The notes under the pieces are model-generated. The model made no database searches, had not been told where the DNA came from, and worked only from the letters and a program-made list of their open reading frames with translations. Below, one piece after another: positions 1-15,085 of a stretch of DNA of 64,000 bases. A program made the position numbers and the translations under genes. The stretch lies in NCBI RefSeq assembly GCF_009914755.1, contig NC_060939.1; one strand, given 5' to 3'. This stretch comes from the human T2T-CHM13v2.0 reference genome, Homo sapiens. The number at the start of each line of letters is the position of its first letter. Positions within the stretch are counted from its first letter, which is position 1.

Positions 1-1087
1 GGTCAAGTGAGCAGAAACCTGTCTTGAGTTGCCACAAAAGGAAATTGTAGCCTCTCATTTAGTTCCCAGACCTAAACTGCTTCACATATGCAGGGTCCAG
101 GGATTGAAGCAGAAACTGAGTCCCCTTGAGGAAAGAAACTACAACACTGTCACAACTGTATACTATAAATATTTCTCCAAGCCTGTCCCAAAAGGACCTG
201 TGGCTATTATCAGGATGAGTGTGCCCTGAGGAAAGGGACATATCTAGGCTTTGAAGGATTATTACACACTACTCTGAGTTTATGCTAATCCTTAAGAACC
301 CCTGGATAGATTGAGAGCTTTGGGTGGTCAAGTAGAAAATGAAATTTATAATCAAGTCCATCACTCATAGGGCTCAATAGGTTCTGTAGACCCACTCTGA
401 AGTTATTTAGACTAGCCATACTTGTCAACTGGCAAAATCCCTGCACTGGCTCCCTGACCCATAAAGAGAGGACTCTTATGGTTAGGTAGAGCCAAGTAGA
501 AACCACTGGAACTGCTCTTCTCTAACAAAATGGTAAGCCAAAAACAATACCACATCCCTGTGGGAATTGCAGACATTAACTATTGCCACCCTTAAAGACT
601 TGATAGATACAAGAGTAAGGATTCTCATCACACTTCTGCATAATTCCTGTGTTTGACTAGAGGCAAAACTAGATGGTGGCTTCACTTGCAGCTTCCAATT
701 TAGATACGGTATTGTTGCTGGAACAAATCAACATAGTCCTGCCATCTATTATGTAGCTATTGATCTGGAAAATCATTTCCCCTCATATCAACTAGCAGGA
801 AAAATCAGAAAGCAGCAAATTTTTACTTGTCAGAAACAGCAATTCACCTTCACAGTCTTACTTCAGGGCTATGCCAGCTCTCAAACTCTGTAACAGTCTA
901 GTTCACAGAGACCTTCGTCATCTAGACATGCCATAGAACATCATCATGTGATCCACCACATTGATAACATCATGCTGATTGGCTTGGTGAACAAAAAGTA
1001 GCAAATATTCTAGATGCCTTAGTAAGGCACATGCATGCCAGAGACGTAAAAAATCAGTGAAAGGAATGTTGGCATATCCCTGCATAG

Positions 1088-1310
1088 CAGTGTTTTTCAA
1101 CCAGGTGATTGTGTCCACTAGGGAACATTTTGCAGGAAATGTATAGAAACATTTTTAGTTGTCACAACTGAGGGTAGGCAAATTAGTGGCTACTGGCATC
1201 TTTCAGGTAGGGGCCAAGGATGCTGATAAACATCCTGCAATGCACAGGATAGCTCCCCACAACTAAGAATTATCAAGCCCAAAATAACAAGATTGAGATC
1301 AAGAATCCCT
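1088..1310. mobile_element. MER20-like hAT DNA transposon nested in ERVL pol
   Basis: Contains ttgtcacaactg ... gctactggcatc ... ggatgctgataaacatcctgcaatgcacagga, typical of MER20. Confidence 0.7.
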
Positions 1311-2135
1311 ACTGTAACTTATAGTAAGAGACAACTTTCTGCATCTTGCACATCCTAACACTAAGAAAGAGGCACATATACCACATTTGGGTGTATTTCT
1401 CTAAACAACTTACTGAGAACCCTTTTCTCCCAGAAAATTAAAGGGCTCTGTAGCAGGTCCAGGGTGCTAGGCAAGCTATCTTGCTACTCAAGCCTAATAA
1501 TTCAGAAAACCCAAAGCGTCTATGGCAAGTAAGGATGCTGTATGGATCCTCTGGCAAAATAGGGGTCCAAAGCACAGAATCCCAGGGTTTCGACACAATG
1601 CTGTGCTCTTTTTTGCTGAAAGAGCACTGGATTCTATTAAAGGCTAGATTTTGATGACATCAAGATCAATGGGCTCTGAGCTGCCCATCATGAACTGCCA
1701 TAAGATTGGGTGTGCATACACAGCAAAAATCCATCATCAATTAAAAGTGCCGTATAAAAGGTCAGGCTTTAGAAGATCAGGAGGACACAAGTAAGTTGCA
1801 TAGGGAGGTGGCTCAGACTCTAAGGCCTCAAAAGGAATTTCCTATAACCAGTTATCAGAGGGGGGAAAAAAAACTTAAGGCTGATTTAAAGATGGATCTG
1901 TACAATATGTTGGCATCAGCTGGAAGTGGACTACTACAGTATTACCATTCTGCTGATAAGTGTCTCTGAAAAAATGATGAAAGGCAATCCTCTCGGTGTG
2001 GAAAACTTTGAGCGTATATTAGGACGTCCTCTTTACCTGGAAGGAGACAGGATTTTTGTATGAGGATTTTTGTGACCCATACGAATGCTTACAAAATGGC
2101 ATCCACTGAATAGGCTTTCTATAATCAGATGGGCA

Positions 2136-2502
<367 letters not shown>

Positions 2503-3002
2503 CTACACCAGTTGTTGTTCAGTGGGCCCATATGTAACTAACCACGGCAACAGGGATGGGGCTATCCATGGGATCAACAACATGGACTTCCCTCTCCAAG
2601 GCAGAAAACGCAGCCTGCCAACAAGAGAAGCCAACAGTGAGCTCCTGAATGCACTATTCCTTGGGATTCAGGGGACATATTGATTATATTGGACCTCTTC
2701 CATCATGGAGGGGCAGAGATTTGTCCTCACTGAAATAGACACTTTTTTTTTTAAACTTTCCCTATTCAAAATGGTTCTGCCAGCATCACTATCTGTGGAC
2801 TTATGAAATGTCATGATGCTGTGATTCATTTTCATGATATCCTATACACTGTTGCTTCTCTCCAAAGATATCATTTGAAAGCAAGAGAAACTGGCTCGTG
2901 TTCTTGGAATTCACTAATATTATCACATACCCCAACACCTGAGAACAAGTAACCCGGCAGACTGGTGGATTGGACTACTGAAGCCATAACTAGAGCACCA
3001 CC

Positions 3003-3759
3003 TGAGGGCCGGACACTTGTCAGGATGACCCAGACCTGCCTGTGGAAAGGAAAGGAGCTGCCCGCTTTCTTCTGAGAACTGTTCTGTTGCCTCTCTGCCT
3101 TCAGTGAAGCGCCTCTCCATCTATGAGGTAGTCCATGAGGTCCATAGATGTGGAACAAGAACTCGGGACCCACCAAATGGTGGGACTAAAAGAGCTATAA
3201 CACAAACAGGGCTGAAACATCCCCCCTACTCGCCATGTTGTGAAGGCAGAAGAGCTTTGGCCCTTTGGGGAGCCTAGACCTGGGAGCTTTGGCCCTTCGG
3301 GGAACCTGGACCTAAGGGTTCCCTGGGCCAGGGCTGTGACTCCCTCTTTGGGGTTCTGCCGTTCCTGGTGTCTCCAAGCTTCTGGGCGCCACCGCGTTCC
3401 TCTCACCCAGACATGGGTGCCTGCAGCGGAAGCTGCACGCAGTACTTCTGGTCCAGCTGCAGCATGGCGTGGAGCCGGCACCTGTGCTGGCACCTGGAGC
3501 TGCCTGCACTGTTGCAGCCATTGTGCCTGGCTGTGTTCAGTGGCTGGACCCGTGCTTGCTCACCCACACACAACCCTTGCTGCTCCGCCCCTGGCTCACA
3601 CTTGGCAGGTGTGGGATCCGGGCTGGTAGTGTAACCAAGTGCAGCCTGCCAGGCCAAGTGGGTGGAACAAGCCCAGCAGGAACGAGCAATAGGCAGAAAC
3701 GCGCCGCCAGCCGCAGAGGTTTCCAGCTGGTTAAGCGACACCCCAAGGATCCTGTGACA
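3003..3759 (+). mobile_element. ERV1 LTR fragment, MER52/LTR1-like group
   Basis: aaaagagctataacacaaacagggctgaaaca ... ends ggatcctgtgaca; GC-rich; internal ~32-bp imperfect tandem duplication at ~3252-3315. Confidence 0.65.
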
Positions 3760-4249
3760 TCAGAATTTCTAGGAGGGCTGGAGAATCAGTCTCAGTGAGC
3801 TCAGGACAATTCAACCAGAAACGATACCCAAAATTCCCACACCAGAATTGGTCCAGTGAAGGCAGCACTGCTACGGGAATTTGATCTTCCCGTGATGTTG
3901 GTGACGTTTGAGAGCTCCTATCAGTCCTCTTGTGTCTAACTCTGATTCAGAGAATTGAAAGATTGTATTTGTTGGGGGGGGGGGGGTCCTAGATCATGTA
4001 CTCTAACTATAAGAAAGGCTAGGAGAGAGAGTATATGCCATTTTCAGCTTCTAGAGTGGGAGGCACACTTTAAGGTGGGGAGTTCTTCCAATATCAAAAA
4101 GAAAACAGATGCTAGATGGAACAGAATTTGGCAATATTCACCAGAGTTTACTTCTTTGCTATGCAAACCCAACACTAACATAAACCCCTGTTCTCGTAAG
4201 AAAGAAAAATTATTGCCAATTATCGTGATGCTACTATTCCTTATAAAAG

Positions 4250-5760
4250 CACAATGTGCTCATCCCTTCCCTAAAAGGGTGATAACCTCATTGGCAGCTA
4301 CATCCAGTTTGTACAGAATCTCTGAGTGATACTCAGTCCTCTTCTGGTTCCATTATGATCCTATCTCAGTATTCTGTAACACACAAACGAAATTGTAAAA
4401 TTAACCACCAGCTGCATGCCATGAAGAAAAGGGACAGAAAAAGGAAAAAAAATTAGTTAAATATATATACATGATTGAACAATGCAGAAAATTAGAGAAC
4501 CTTCAATCTTTATTTCTGTAAGTAGTCACGAGACTGTAATTGGTATTTCTAATTTCCTTCCTCCACCACCCATTTCATGTTCTCTTTGCCCAGAGGAGCT
4601 GGCCAGGTTTTATTACCTGATACAATGACCCAAATCTTCATTCCTAAAGGATCAGAGCCCTTGATGGTCTTGTCCACGTGAGATTGTTGTTACTAGAGAA
4701 CTTTGCCGCCGGACCTTGGAAGTACCAGAAGTCACCCCAAGGAGATCTTTGAGTCCCAGCCGTAGTCCTTTTAGCCTCTGCTATTTATCAGCAACTTTAT
4801 CTCCTCTTTTTTCTTTTCTTTTTTTTTTTTTGAGACAGAGTCTTGTTCTGTCACCCAGACCATAGTGCAGTGTTGTGCTCTCAGCTCACTGCAACCTCCT
4901 CCTCCTGGGTTCAAGTGATTCTCCTATCTCAGCCTCCCAAGTAGCTGAGATTACACATGCATGCCACCACGCCTGGCTAATTTTTGTATTTTTAGTAGAG
5001 ACAGGGTTTCGCCATGTTGGCCAGGCTGGTCTTCAACTCCTGACCTCAGGTGATCTGCCAGCCTCGGCCTCCCAAAGTGCTGGGATTACAGGCATGAGCC
5101 ACCACACCTGGCCCCTTATCTCCTCTTGATAGTGAGGATTAATCATCTCAGCAAGTACCATTTTCGGCATGTTTTCCTGGTGACTTGAGGAACTTTATCC
5201 AAGTGGCACTCTTAGTTTCCAATTTGGTGGGACTATAGTTGTGTCCCCTGGCAGAAGCATTCCTCCTGTGCATACTAAGACCTCTAAATGAGCACATTAA
5301 AGAGTTGTGTGGATGGAAAACAAAAAATTTGCCAGTTTACGCTATGTGCAAAAAGCATACATTCTACTTCCATCTTGGATTCTACATTTTTGCAATGAAA
5401 AAAAGACCACATATTTGTTGCTGACTTAGAGCATATAACATATCTTAGAATGGCATCCAACCTTGGAAAATCTCCCTGCCAACATTATTCCCGGGCTTCA
5501 GTAAACCATCCTACCTCTCTATATGGCCACTTGTTTCTGAGTGATGGGGTAAATGATAAGGCCAGTCAATTCCATAAGCATCATTCATTGCCTTAATTCT
5601 TTCACCATAAAGTGTGTGTTCTTTGTTAGAAGCAATGTTACATGGAATACCATGATGGTTAAGGGCGATGGATGGTGTTATGCTCAGGGGCATGGTGGGC
5701 AGGGATATTGAATGGTGCCATCAGACAGCAACCATCCAAACACTCCAATACATCCCACTT
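4250..5760 (-). mobile_element. Second ERVL internal fragment (integrase, dUTPase, 3' region)
   Basis: ORF 5511-5693(-) HHGIPCNIASNKEHT ... WPYHLPHHSETSGHIER resembles the ERVL integrase core; dUTPase-like [12 protein letters not shown] is split by an Alu. Confidence 0.75.
4808..5113 (-). mobile_element. AluS inserted in the ERVL dUTPase region
   Basis: Alu consensus; TSD ttatctcctctt on both sides. Confidence 0.95.
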
Positions 5761-6151
5761 TAATTCTAGGCATCCTACATTCCAATGCCCTTATTTTCAT
5801 ATAAGAGAATGGCTGTGAATTCATTAAATGCCTACATTCAGCAACCCACATGATCAAATTTTAAATTGGGTTTTTAGCCACCTACAGGTGTAGGAAGTTG
5901 ATGGTTTTCAGTTCATACCATCAGTAAGAGACATTGCCCAACACAATTCACTGAAGGATCCCACACGCTGGTGTATGGGTTGTGTTAATGAGAAACAGTT
6001 GTTTGCTTAAAGAAAAATGTGTGAAAAATAAAAGATTAGTTTAGTACTGGGTGCTAGAAAGAAAAAAATACACATATAAAGTAAATTACTGGAAATAATT
6101 TCTTGGTAATTCCTCCAACTAAAAGTGTTTAAAATACCATATTTAAGTTTC

Positions 6152-6462
6152 ATTTTTTGTTTTGTTTTATTTTTTCGTTTGAGACGGAGTCTCGCTTTGT
6201 CACCCTGGCTGGAGTGCAGTGGTGCGATCTCGCTTCCCTGCAATCTCCATCTCCTGGGTTCAAGGGATTCTCCCGCTTCAGCCTGCCGAGTAGCTAGGAT
6301 TACAGTCGTGAGCCACCATGCCCAGTTAATCTTTGTATTTTTGGTAGAGACAAGGTTTCACCATGTTGACCAGGCTGGTCTGGAACTCCTGACCTCAAGT
6401 GATCTGCATGCCTCAGCCTCCCAAAGTGCTGGGATTACAGGTGGGAGCCACTGTGCCCAGCC
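6152..6462 (-). mobile_element. AluS
   Basis: Alu consensus, reverse orientation. Confidence 0.95.
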
Positions 6463-6962
6463 CCGTACTTAAGTTTCTAGCTACCAGTCCAATCCTCCTG
6501 ATGCCTGAAGAGCCCTCTGTTTAGTCTTCACCAAATAGTCATTCAGCTTGTGTTCAGAAATCTAAGATGACAGGAAATTCAACCTAACCTAAGGCCACTC
6601 TAATGGCTAAAAGTTCTTTGTGTTCAATGGAATTTTTTATCACTGTAACTTAACTCTTGAAACTAATTTCAAATCTTGAAGTCTTTTATATTTCGTTGTT
6701 AATGAAGTTCCTACAGACACAATCTTCTATATAGAAAGTGACTCACAGTCTATTAAAATGCCTTAAAATTATAATTATAGTTATGTATACCAAGATAAGC
6801 TGTGGTCTGATGTTCATGATTTTTATAAAAGTTGAAGTCCAGGAATTGTTTCATACAATAACTTAGGGTCTTGTGGTCTCTCACCTATTAAAAATCCATT
6901 GGATGAATAACTTCTTTCTTGCTTTGGAGAAGGCCTTGGGTATGAGTAGTTTATTTGGGAGG

Positions 6963-7420
6963 TGTCTTAAGTAGGTTTCAGAAACAGCACGAGATGGGGA
7001 TTTGTGTGCTTGTGATTTATCAAGGAGATAAATCGGGAGAGACAGGTAAGAAAGAGTGAAGCAGGAAAGGAAACAACGTATGCAAGAATGAGGTTCCAGG
7101 TGAAATCTAGCTTCAGCCACATCTTACAGGAAGCTCTGGAGTATAAAGTGAATGGCAGAGCCCATCTTGCATCGGACAAAGGAGTGGAATTTTTGTATTC
7201 CTGCCCCAGACAGTTGTTGGTCATGGTCCATGAAATGAGAGGTTAGCATTACTCCCAGGAATCTCTAGCCACAGAGACTTCAGACATACATGGAAAATCA
7301 TCTAGAGAAAGTTGTGGAGATGACCCGTTACCCAAGGTATCTGTGGCAGGTGGGCATTAAAAACAAGAACCAGACTGAGGAAGAGGATTCAGGAGATCTG
7401 GGCAAGGCATCAACAATGTC
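6963..7420 (-). mobile_element. LTR16-like ERVL LTR
   Basis: tgtctt ... gagatggggatttgtgtgcttgtgatttat ... ggtgaaatctagcttcagcc ... gaagctctggag resembles an LTR16 consensus; it adjoins ERVL internal sequence. Confidence 0.55.
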
Positions 7421-9133
7421 CACAAAGGTCCACCTCTTGCACCATTCAGGTCCATTTGCTTTTCACGTTAGGTATACTCCACCCTGTTACAGCTTCTCTG
7501 GGATTCTGGTTGGTTATAATTTCTGGAACACTTAAGACAGGAAAGTTGGTGAGACAAACTACAAACCCCACTGCTGCAGTTGGACCCAAGGCCATCACTG
7601 ATATTTATCCCTTCTCTCCACCACATCCTCAGGTAGTACTTCTGCCCATCCGCATGGTTTGTTGGGTGGGTTGCCTCAGACTCTTATCTCTGAGGAGCCT
7701 GAGCTCCTGATTACCATGCCACTATCAGGCTCTGGTTGCTGAATTTTTCCATGTACAGTTAAAACTAAGCATGGGAGTACCAAGATGGCGGATTATCCAA
7801 ATGCCAAATGCATTTCTTCTGCCTGCACCCCTTACACAGCAGCAGCCCTACCTCCTCCTGATAACCAGAGTCAATTTCTCTGCAGATGGTAACTCCTTTC
7901 CACTAGCACAAGGAACCCAAAGTGTCAAGGAAGCAGTTGTAGTATTAAGTTTAGTGGGATCCTCTGTTGACTGGTAGAAGTATATCCTTTCCAGAAATCA
8001 GAATCTCCACAACTGCAAGATTTAAAACTGTGAGGACAGGCAGAACAAATTCTGGGTCTCCAACAGTGATGAGGAGTGGGGCCACTCCCACTCCACTCTT
8101 TGATTCTCAGACCCATGTGTTGCATTGACTGGAAAGGCAGCACCATACACTGACTGTTGGTTTAAGGATAAAGAAGGATAGTGACCTATCCTCACAACAT
8201 GTCATTATAGCTAGATGTTCATTCTTTACCAGGGCAAAATAGCAAGCCAGGAGATACTTTTTAAATGGTATAGAGTTCTCTGCTACAGATGTCGTGGCCT
8301 TGCTCTAGAACCCAAATGGTCCATGCTATGACTCTCCTATGGGACTTGCCAGGTATTCCAGGTGGCGTCTTTTTTCCATCACAGAAACTCTAATATAGTA
8401 GGATCTTCCGGGTTATATGGTCCTAATGGCAGGACTGCTTGTACTACAGGTGGATCTGCTATAGAACTCTGATTCTAGACCCCAATCAAAGCTAGCAACT
8501 TTCTGTATCTCCTGATAAATGTGTTAGAGCAGCATTCCCAAGTGTGGAATATGCTGCCTCCAAAACCTGAAAAGGCCTTCTAAGTATTATGTTTATTTTT
8601 TCTTAGTGGGTGTTTCTTTCCTAGTGGTAGATGGTGCAAGATACAAAAACTTGTCTTTTATCTTGGATAGATTGCCTCAGGCCACTGGAATCCTAAAAAC
8701 TTTATAGATGTGTCAGGCTCTTATATTTTTGTAGATTTATCTTCCACACTCTAGACTGGATTGTCCTACCAAGGTATCCAAAGTAGACACCATTTATTAT
8801 CTGTCCAGTATGATTAACATGATAGCACCAGTATAGTGGTCCAATGTGATGTTCCATGGTATGTCCATATGATTTGGGTCCCTTTAGATTAGAGCAACAC
8901 TGTGAGTGTATATTGTATACTGTCCTCCATTCCATATGAAAGAACTGCTTCTGGTCCCAATTCCTAATGGGTAGTTAAAATAATGCATTCACCAAATCAA
9001 TAGCTTTATATCATACACCAGCAACCATATTAATTTATTCTAGTAAAGATAGCACATCTAGCACACCATCTGCAATTGGGACTACTACTTGATTAAGTTT
9101 GCAGTGGTCTACTGTCCTCCACCATGATCCACT
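7420..9133 (-). mobile_element. Third ERVL internal fragment (dUTPase plus RT; resumes briefly at ~10760-10805)
   Basis: Reverse translation gives EIDSGYQEEVGLLL (dUTPase, ~7845-7885), MDIPWNITLDHYTGAIML (RT, ~8815-8870) and RTVDHCKLNQVVVPIA (~9070-9118). Confidence 0.75.
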
Positions 9134-9955
9134 GAGTTAAAAATTTTTTGTGTGAGATGTAGCTCATATACCATAAAAGTCACCATTTTTAAATTTAAAA
9201 AAATGTTTAAGTTTATTTTTCTTATATTGGAAAAATATATGTAACATAACTTTTACTATTTTAGCCATTTTTAAGTGAACAATTCGGTGGCATTAAGCAC
9301 ATTCCCACTGTTGTGTCACATTACCGCTATCCATTTCCAAAACTTTTCATCATCCAAACAGAAACTCTGTCCCCATTAAACAATAACTACCCATCATCCC
9401 TCTCCCAGCCCTAGCCTACTTCTATTCTGCTTTCTGTCTTTATGAATTTGAATATTCTAGGTACTTCATATAAGTAGAACCATACAATGTTTGTCTATTT
9501 GTGTCTGGCTTATTTCACTTAGTATAATATCCTCAAGGCTCATCCATGGTGTGGCATGTATCAGAATATTACTTGTTTTTAAGGCTGAATAATATTCCAT
9601 TGTATATATATATATATATATATATACCACATTTTGTTTATCTATTCATCTGTTGATGGACATTTGGGTTGTTTCCACCTTTTGGCTATTATGAATAATA
9701 CTGCTGTAAATATTTGTGTACAAGTATCTGTTTAGATCTCTGCTTTTAATTCTTTGGAGTGTATATTTAGAAGAAGAGTCACTGAATCATATGGTAATTC
9801 TACATTTAACTTTTTAAGAAACTGTCAAACTATTTCCATAGTGGTTGTACCATTTTCCATTCCCACCAGCAAAGCAAAAGAGTTCCAATTTCTCCACAAC
9901 CTTACCCACACTTATTCTTTATATATATATAATAACTTTGTATTTATATTATTTA

Positions 9956-10015
<60 letters not shown>

Positions 10016-10759
10016 ACCATTCTACTGAGTGTGAAACGATATCTCATTGTGGTTTTGATTTGCATTTTCCTAATGATAAGTAGTGATATTGAGCATCATC
10101 TTTTCATGTGCTTCTTGGTCATTTCTTCTTTAAAGAAGTATATCTTCTTTGTAGAAATGTCTACTTGGATTCTTTGCTCATGTTTGAATTGGGTTATTTT
10201 GGTTTCTTTGTTGTTGAGTTGTAGGAATTCTTTATACATACTGAATATTAATCCCTTATCAGATATATGATTTGCAAGTATTTTCTCCTATTCTGTGAGT
10301 TGTCTTTTTGATTTCTAGACAGTGTTCTTTGAGTTACAACAATTTTAAATTTTGATGAAATCAAATTTATCTTTTTTTCCTTTGATTGCCTGTGTTTTGG
10401 TGTTATATCTAAGAAACTGTTGCCTAATCCAAGGTCACAACAATTTCACCTATTTTTTCAGAGTTTTGAAAGTTTAGCTCTTACATTTAGGTCTTTGATC
10501 CATTTTGAGTTAATTTTTGTGTATGGTGTGAGTTAGAGATCCAAATTCATTCTTTTGGGTGGATTCATTCATGTGGGTATCTACTTGTCTCAGCATTATT
10601 TGCTGAAAATACTATCTTTTCCCCATTAAGTGGTCTTGGCAACTTTGTCAAAAAATCAATTAAGCATAAAGATATGGATTTATTTCTAGACTCTCAATTC
10701 TAGTCTATTGACTTATAAATCTGTTCTTATGCCAGTACCACATTGTCCTGACTACTGTC
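9134..10759 (-). mobile_element. Old L1M 3' fragment inserted into ERVL RT, containing (TA)n tracts
   Basis: L1M 3' UTR and ORF2 C-terminal sequence; gatccact on both sides (9126-9133, 10760-10767); (TA)n at ~9604-9626 and ~9920-10010. Confidence 0.85.
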
Positions 10760-10810
10760 GATCCACTAGACTTTAGTAAAAGCTAGAATAGTAAATTAAG
10801 AGTGTATATA

Positions 10811-11132
<322 letters not shown>

Positions 11133-11161
11133 ATCCTTGCCTACCCCAAAGCCATAAAGAT

Positions 11162-11505
11162 ATTTTTCTTTTTTTTTTCTTTTTTCTTTTTGAGACGGAG
11201 TCAGGCTGGAGTTCAGTTGTGCCAGGCTTGAGTGCAGTGGCGCCAGGCTAGAGTGCAGTGGTACAATCTCTGCTCACTGCAACCTCCGCCTCCCCTCCCG
11301 GGTTCAAGTGATTCTCCTGCCTCACCCTCCCGAGTAGCTGGAACTACAGGCTCGTGCCACCACGCCCGGCTAATTTTTTGTATTTTTAGTAGAGATGGAG
11401 TTTCACCGTGTTAGCTAGGATGGTCTCGATCTCCTGACCTCATAATCTGCCCGCCTCAGCCTCCCAAAGTGTTGGGATTACAGGCATGAGCCACCGCGCC
11501 TGGCC
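11162..11505 (-). mobile_element. Alu (S/Y) with an internal 21-bp triplication
   Basis: Alu consensus; TSD agatattttt. Confidence 0.95.
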
Positions 11506-12600
11506 AGATATTTTTCTATGTTGACTTCTAGAAGTTTTATTATTCTAATGACAACATTTAGATCTACAAATCACCTGGAACTTGTGTGTGTAAAGTAGGG
11601 ATCAAAGTTTTGTCTTTGTTTTAGTTTTTCCCATATGGTCATCTAGTTGACCCAGTAACACTTACTGGAAATACTGTCTTTAGCACACTCTTCTGGAGTT
11701 CTGACTTTGTCATAAATCAAGTGGGCCTATATGTGTGGGTTTGTTTCTTGACACTATTCGGTGCTGATCCCACACTGTTTTAATTACTCTAACTGTGTAA
11801 TGAGTCTAATATACAGTTGCATAAATCCTCCCACATTCTTTTTCTTCTTCAAGATTGAGCTGGCTATTTTTGGTCCTTTTCATTTCCAGAAGCATTTTAG
11901 AATCAGTCATCAATTCCACAAAACAAAACTGCTGGAAATTTGAAAGGGATTACGTTTAATATATACATCAATTTGGGGAGAATTCACATCTTCACAACAT
12001 TGAATCTTCTAATCCTTGAACATAGTATATGCTTTGGGGTTTAAAATGTCTTCTTTCATTTCTCTTTCAAAAGATAACTTAGGAGAATATCTTCACAGCC
12101 TGTCAGGCAAAATGCCTTAATATAAAACATCAACTCTTAAAATCATTTAAAACTTTCTATGTACATAACTTGTACAACTTTCATTATATTTAATGGAAAA
12201 TATTTGATTTTTTAAAGACTACTATGAAGAGCATTGTTTTAAACTTTTACTTTCTAACTTAGATTGCTGGAATATATAAATTAAATTGATTGACCTTATA
12301 TCTAGTAATACTGGCAAACTTATTTAATTATGATAGATTATTTATAGATTCCTTTGCATTTTCTGGCATACAAAACAATGTCATTTGCAGATACTACCAG
12401 TTTTATTTTTTCCTTTCCAATATTTATACCTTTTATTTCCCTTTATTATCTTCTTGCACTAGCAAGAATTGTATCTTTAGTACAATATTGACTAGAAGAG
12501 GAAATAGTGAGCATCTTAGTCTCTATACTTGTTCTAGTGGGGAAGCATTCAATATTTTACCTTTAGAGAAAATGGATTTGTAGATATTTTTTCTCAGATT
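11506..12600 (-). mobile_element. Old L1M ORF2 fragments
   Basis: T-rich, decayed L1 ORF2 antisense motifs (ttcttcaagattg, atcaatttggggagaat, gggaagcattc). Confidence 0.7.
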
Positions 12601-12601
12601 A

Positions 12602-13335
<734 letters not shown>

Positions 13336-13908
13336 CCCATTGCACATGGGTGGGAACTCTTTCAAAGAAGGCGCAGGTAGCAGAAGTCTGAGGTCTGACC
13401 TCTCTAGTAGAATAAATAACAGATACAATAAATGCGTGTTTCCATGCCCCCTGTACATTTGCATTCTAATTCCACTATTAAGTGAGGGCCAGGTGGGAGT
13501 TTGTTTAGCCGGAGGATGCGGGATACCTCTCACTTTGGGTATAACGGGTAGACTCAGAGTAGAGACCAGGAGTTATATTTTGGAGGGGACTCAAAGGTCT
13601 AGCTTGCCATATGCAATTCCAAAATAGATTGCACGTTCCCAGAGTTCAGATGGATCCAGGGGAAGAAGTATTTGTGGTAAGAGCTACAGAAACTCCACCA
13701 AAGAGGTAAAAGATAAGGAAAAGCATACCAGACAACAATTAATTGATACAGAGAAACTCCTGAGATGAAATGTGCGTATTTGCTGAGCATTTTTAAGGCA
13801 TTCCCAGGCCTTTTAGGTCATTCTGGACTGTTTCTCTGCTTTTCTGAGCTATTTCAATGACAGTAGTAGCTTCCTTTGTATCCTATTTTTGCAAAAGGTG
13901 TATCTGCC

Positions 13909-14605
13909 TGCTATGGTTTGAATGTTTTTGGCCCCTCCAAAATTCACATTGAAACAGAATTCCTAATGTAACAGTATTAAGAGGTGTGGCCTTTAGGAAG
14001 TGATTGATTCAGAACCTTCATGAAAAGGACCAGATGCCCTTATAAAATAACTTGACAGAGAGAGTTAGCCGTTTTTGCCCTTCCATCCCTTCTGCCACGT
14101 GAGGACATAGTGTTCTTCCCCTCCGGAGGGTGCAGCAACAAGGTGCCATCTTGGAAGCAGAAAGCAGCCTTCGCCAGACACGAATCCTGCCCACACCTTG
14201 ATTTTGGACTTTCTAGCTTCCAGAGCAGTGAGAAATAAATTTTTGTTCTTTATAAATTATAAATACAGATTTATAAATCTTTATAAATTATAAATATTTA
14301 TAAATTTATAAATTTATAATATATTTATAATATATAAATATATACAATATTTAATACTTTAAATAAAATATTTAATTTAAATATTAATATTAAATATTTA
14401 ATTTAAATAAATATATAATTTAAATAATTTAAATATAATATTTAAAGATAAATAATATATAATTAATATATAATAAATTTATAAAATATAAATTATAAAT
14501 AAATTTATAAATACAGACTTATAAATCTTTATAAATTATAAATACAGATTTATAAATTATCCTGTCTCAGGTATTTTGTTCTAGAAGCACAAATGGATTA
14601 GGATA
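13909..14605 (+). mobile_element. MaLR solo LTR (MST/MLT1A-like) with internal AT-rich expansion
   Basis: Starts tgctatggtttgaatg; contains ggtgccatcttggaagcag and aataaa; 5-bp TSD ctgcc at 13904-13908 and 14606-14610. Confidence 0.85.
14248..14557. repeat. AT-rich low-complexity expansion
   Basis: ~310 bp almost entirely A/T, bounded by an identical 31-mer. Confidence 0.9.
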
Positions 14606-14799
14606 CTGCCTTTAGAAGTGTATATACTGTGCACAGAAAACCTCTGGAAAGTTATGCCCCAATGTTAATAGCAGTTATTTATGAGAATGGGATTTGAGAT
14701 CTTTTTTTCTTTTTTCTTATTTGCATACACTGATTTTCCTAAAATAAACAAGTAAGCAAAAATAAACAAGTAAGCATGCATAACTTGTGTAACTCCTTT

Positions 14800-15085
14800 G
14801 TTTCTACACTGTCGCCCAGGCTGGAGTGCAGTGGCACGATCTCGGCTCACTGCCTCCTCTGCCTCCCAGGCTCAAGCCATCCTCCCACCCCAGCCTCCTG
14901 AGTAGCTAGGACTACAGGCACATGCCACTACACCCAACTAATATGCTTTTCCGTATTTTGTTTTTATAGATCTGGGGTTTTGCCATGTTTCCAAGGCTGA
15001 TCTTGAACTCCTAGGCTCAAGCTATCTGCCTGCCTCAGCCTCCCAAAGTGCTGGGATTACAGGCATGAGCCACTGTGCCTGGCCA
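14800..15085 (-). mobile_element. AluJ
   Basis: Alu consensus with J-type features. Confidence 0.9.

Noticed and set aside
3101-3798. Cluster of 70-130 aa ORFs
   Set aside because: All lie within the GC-rich MER52-like LTR and show no recognisable domain.
13340-13860. Unassigned segment with two AATAAA (13411, 13427) and a 95-aa ORF; possible processed pseudogene or lncRNA end
   Set aside because: No recognisable protein similarity, poly(A) tail or TSD; cannot be supported without a database search.
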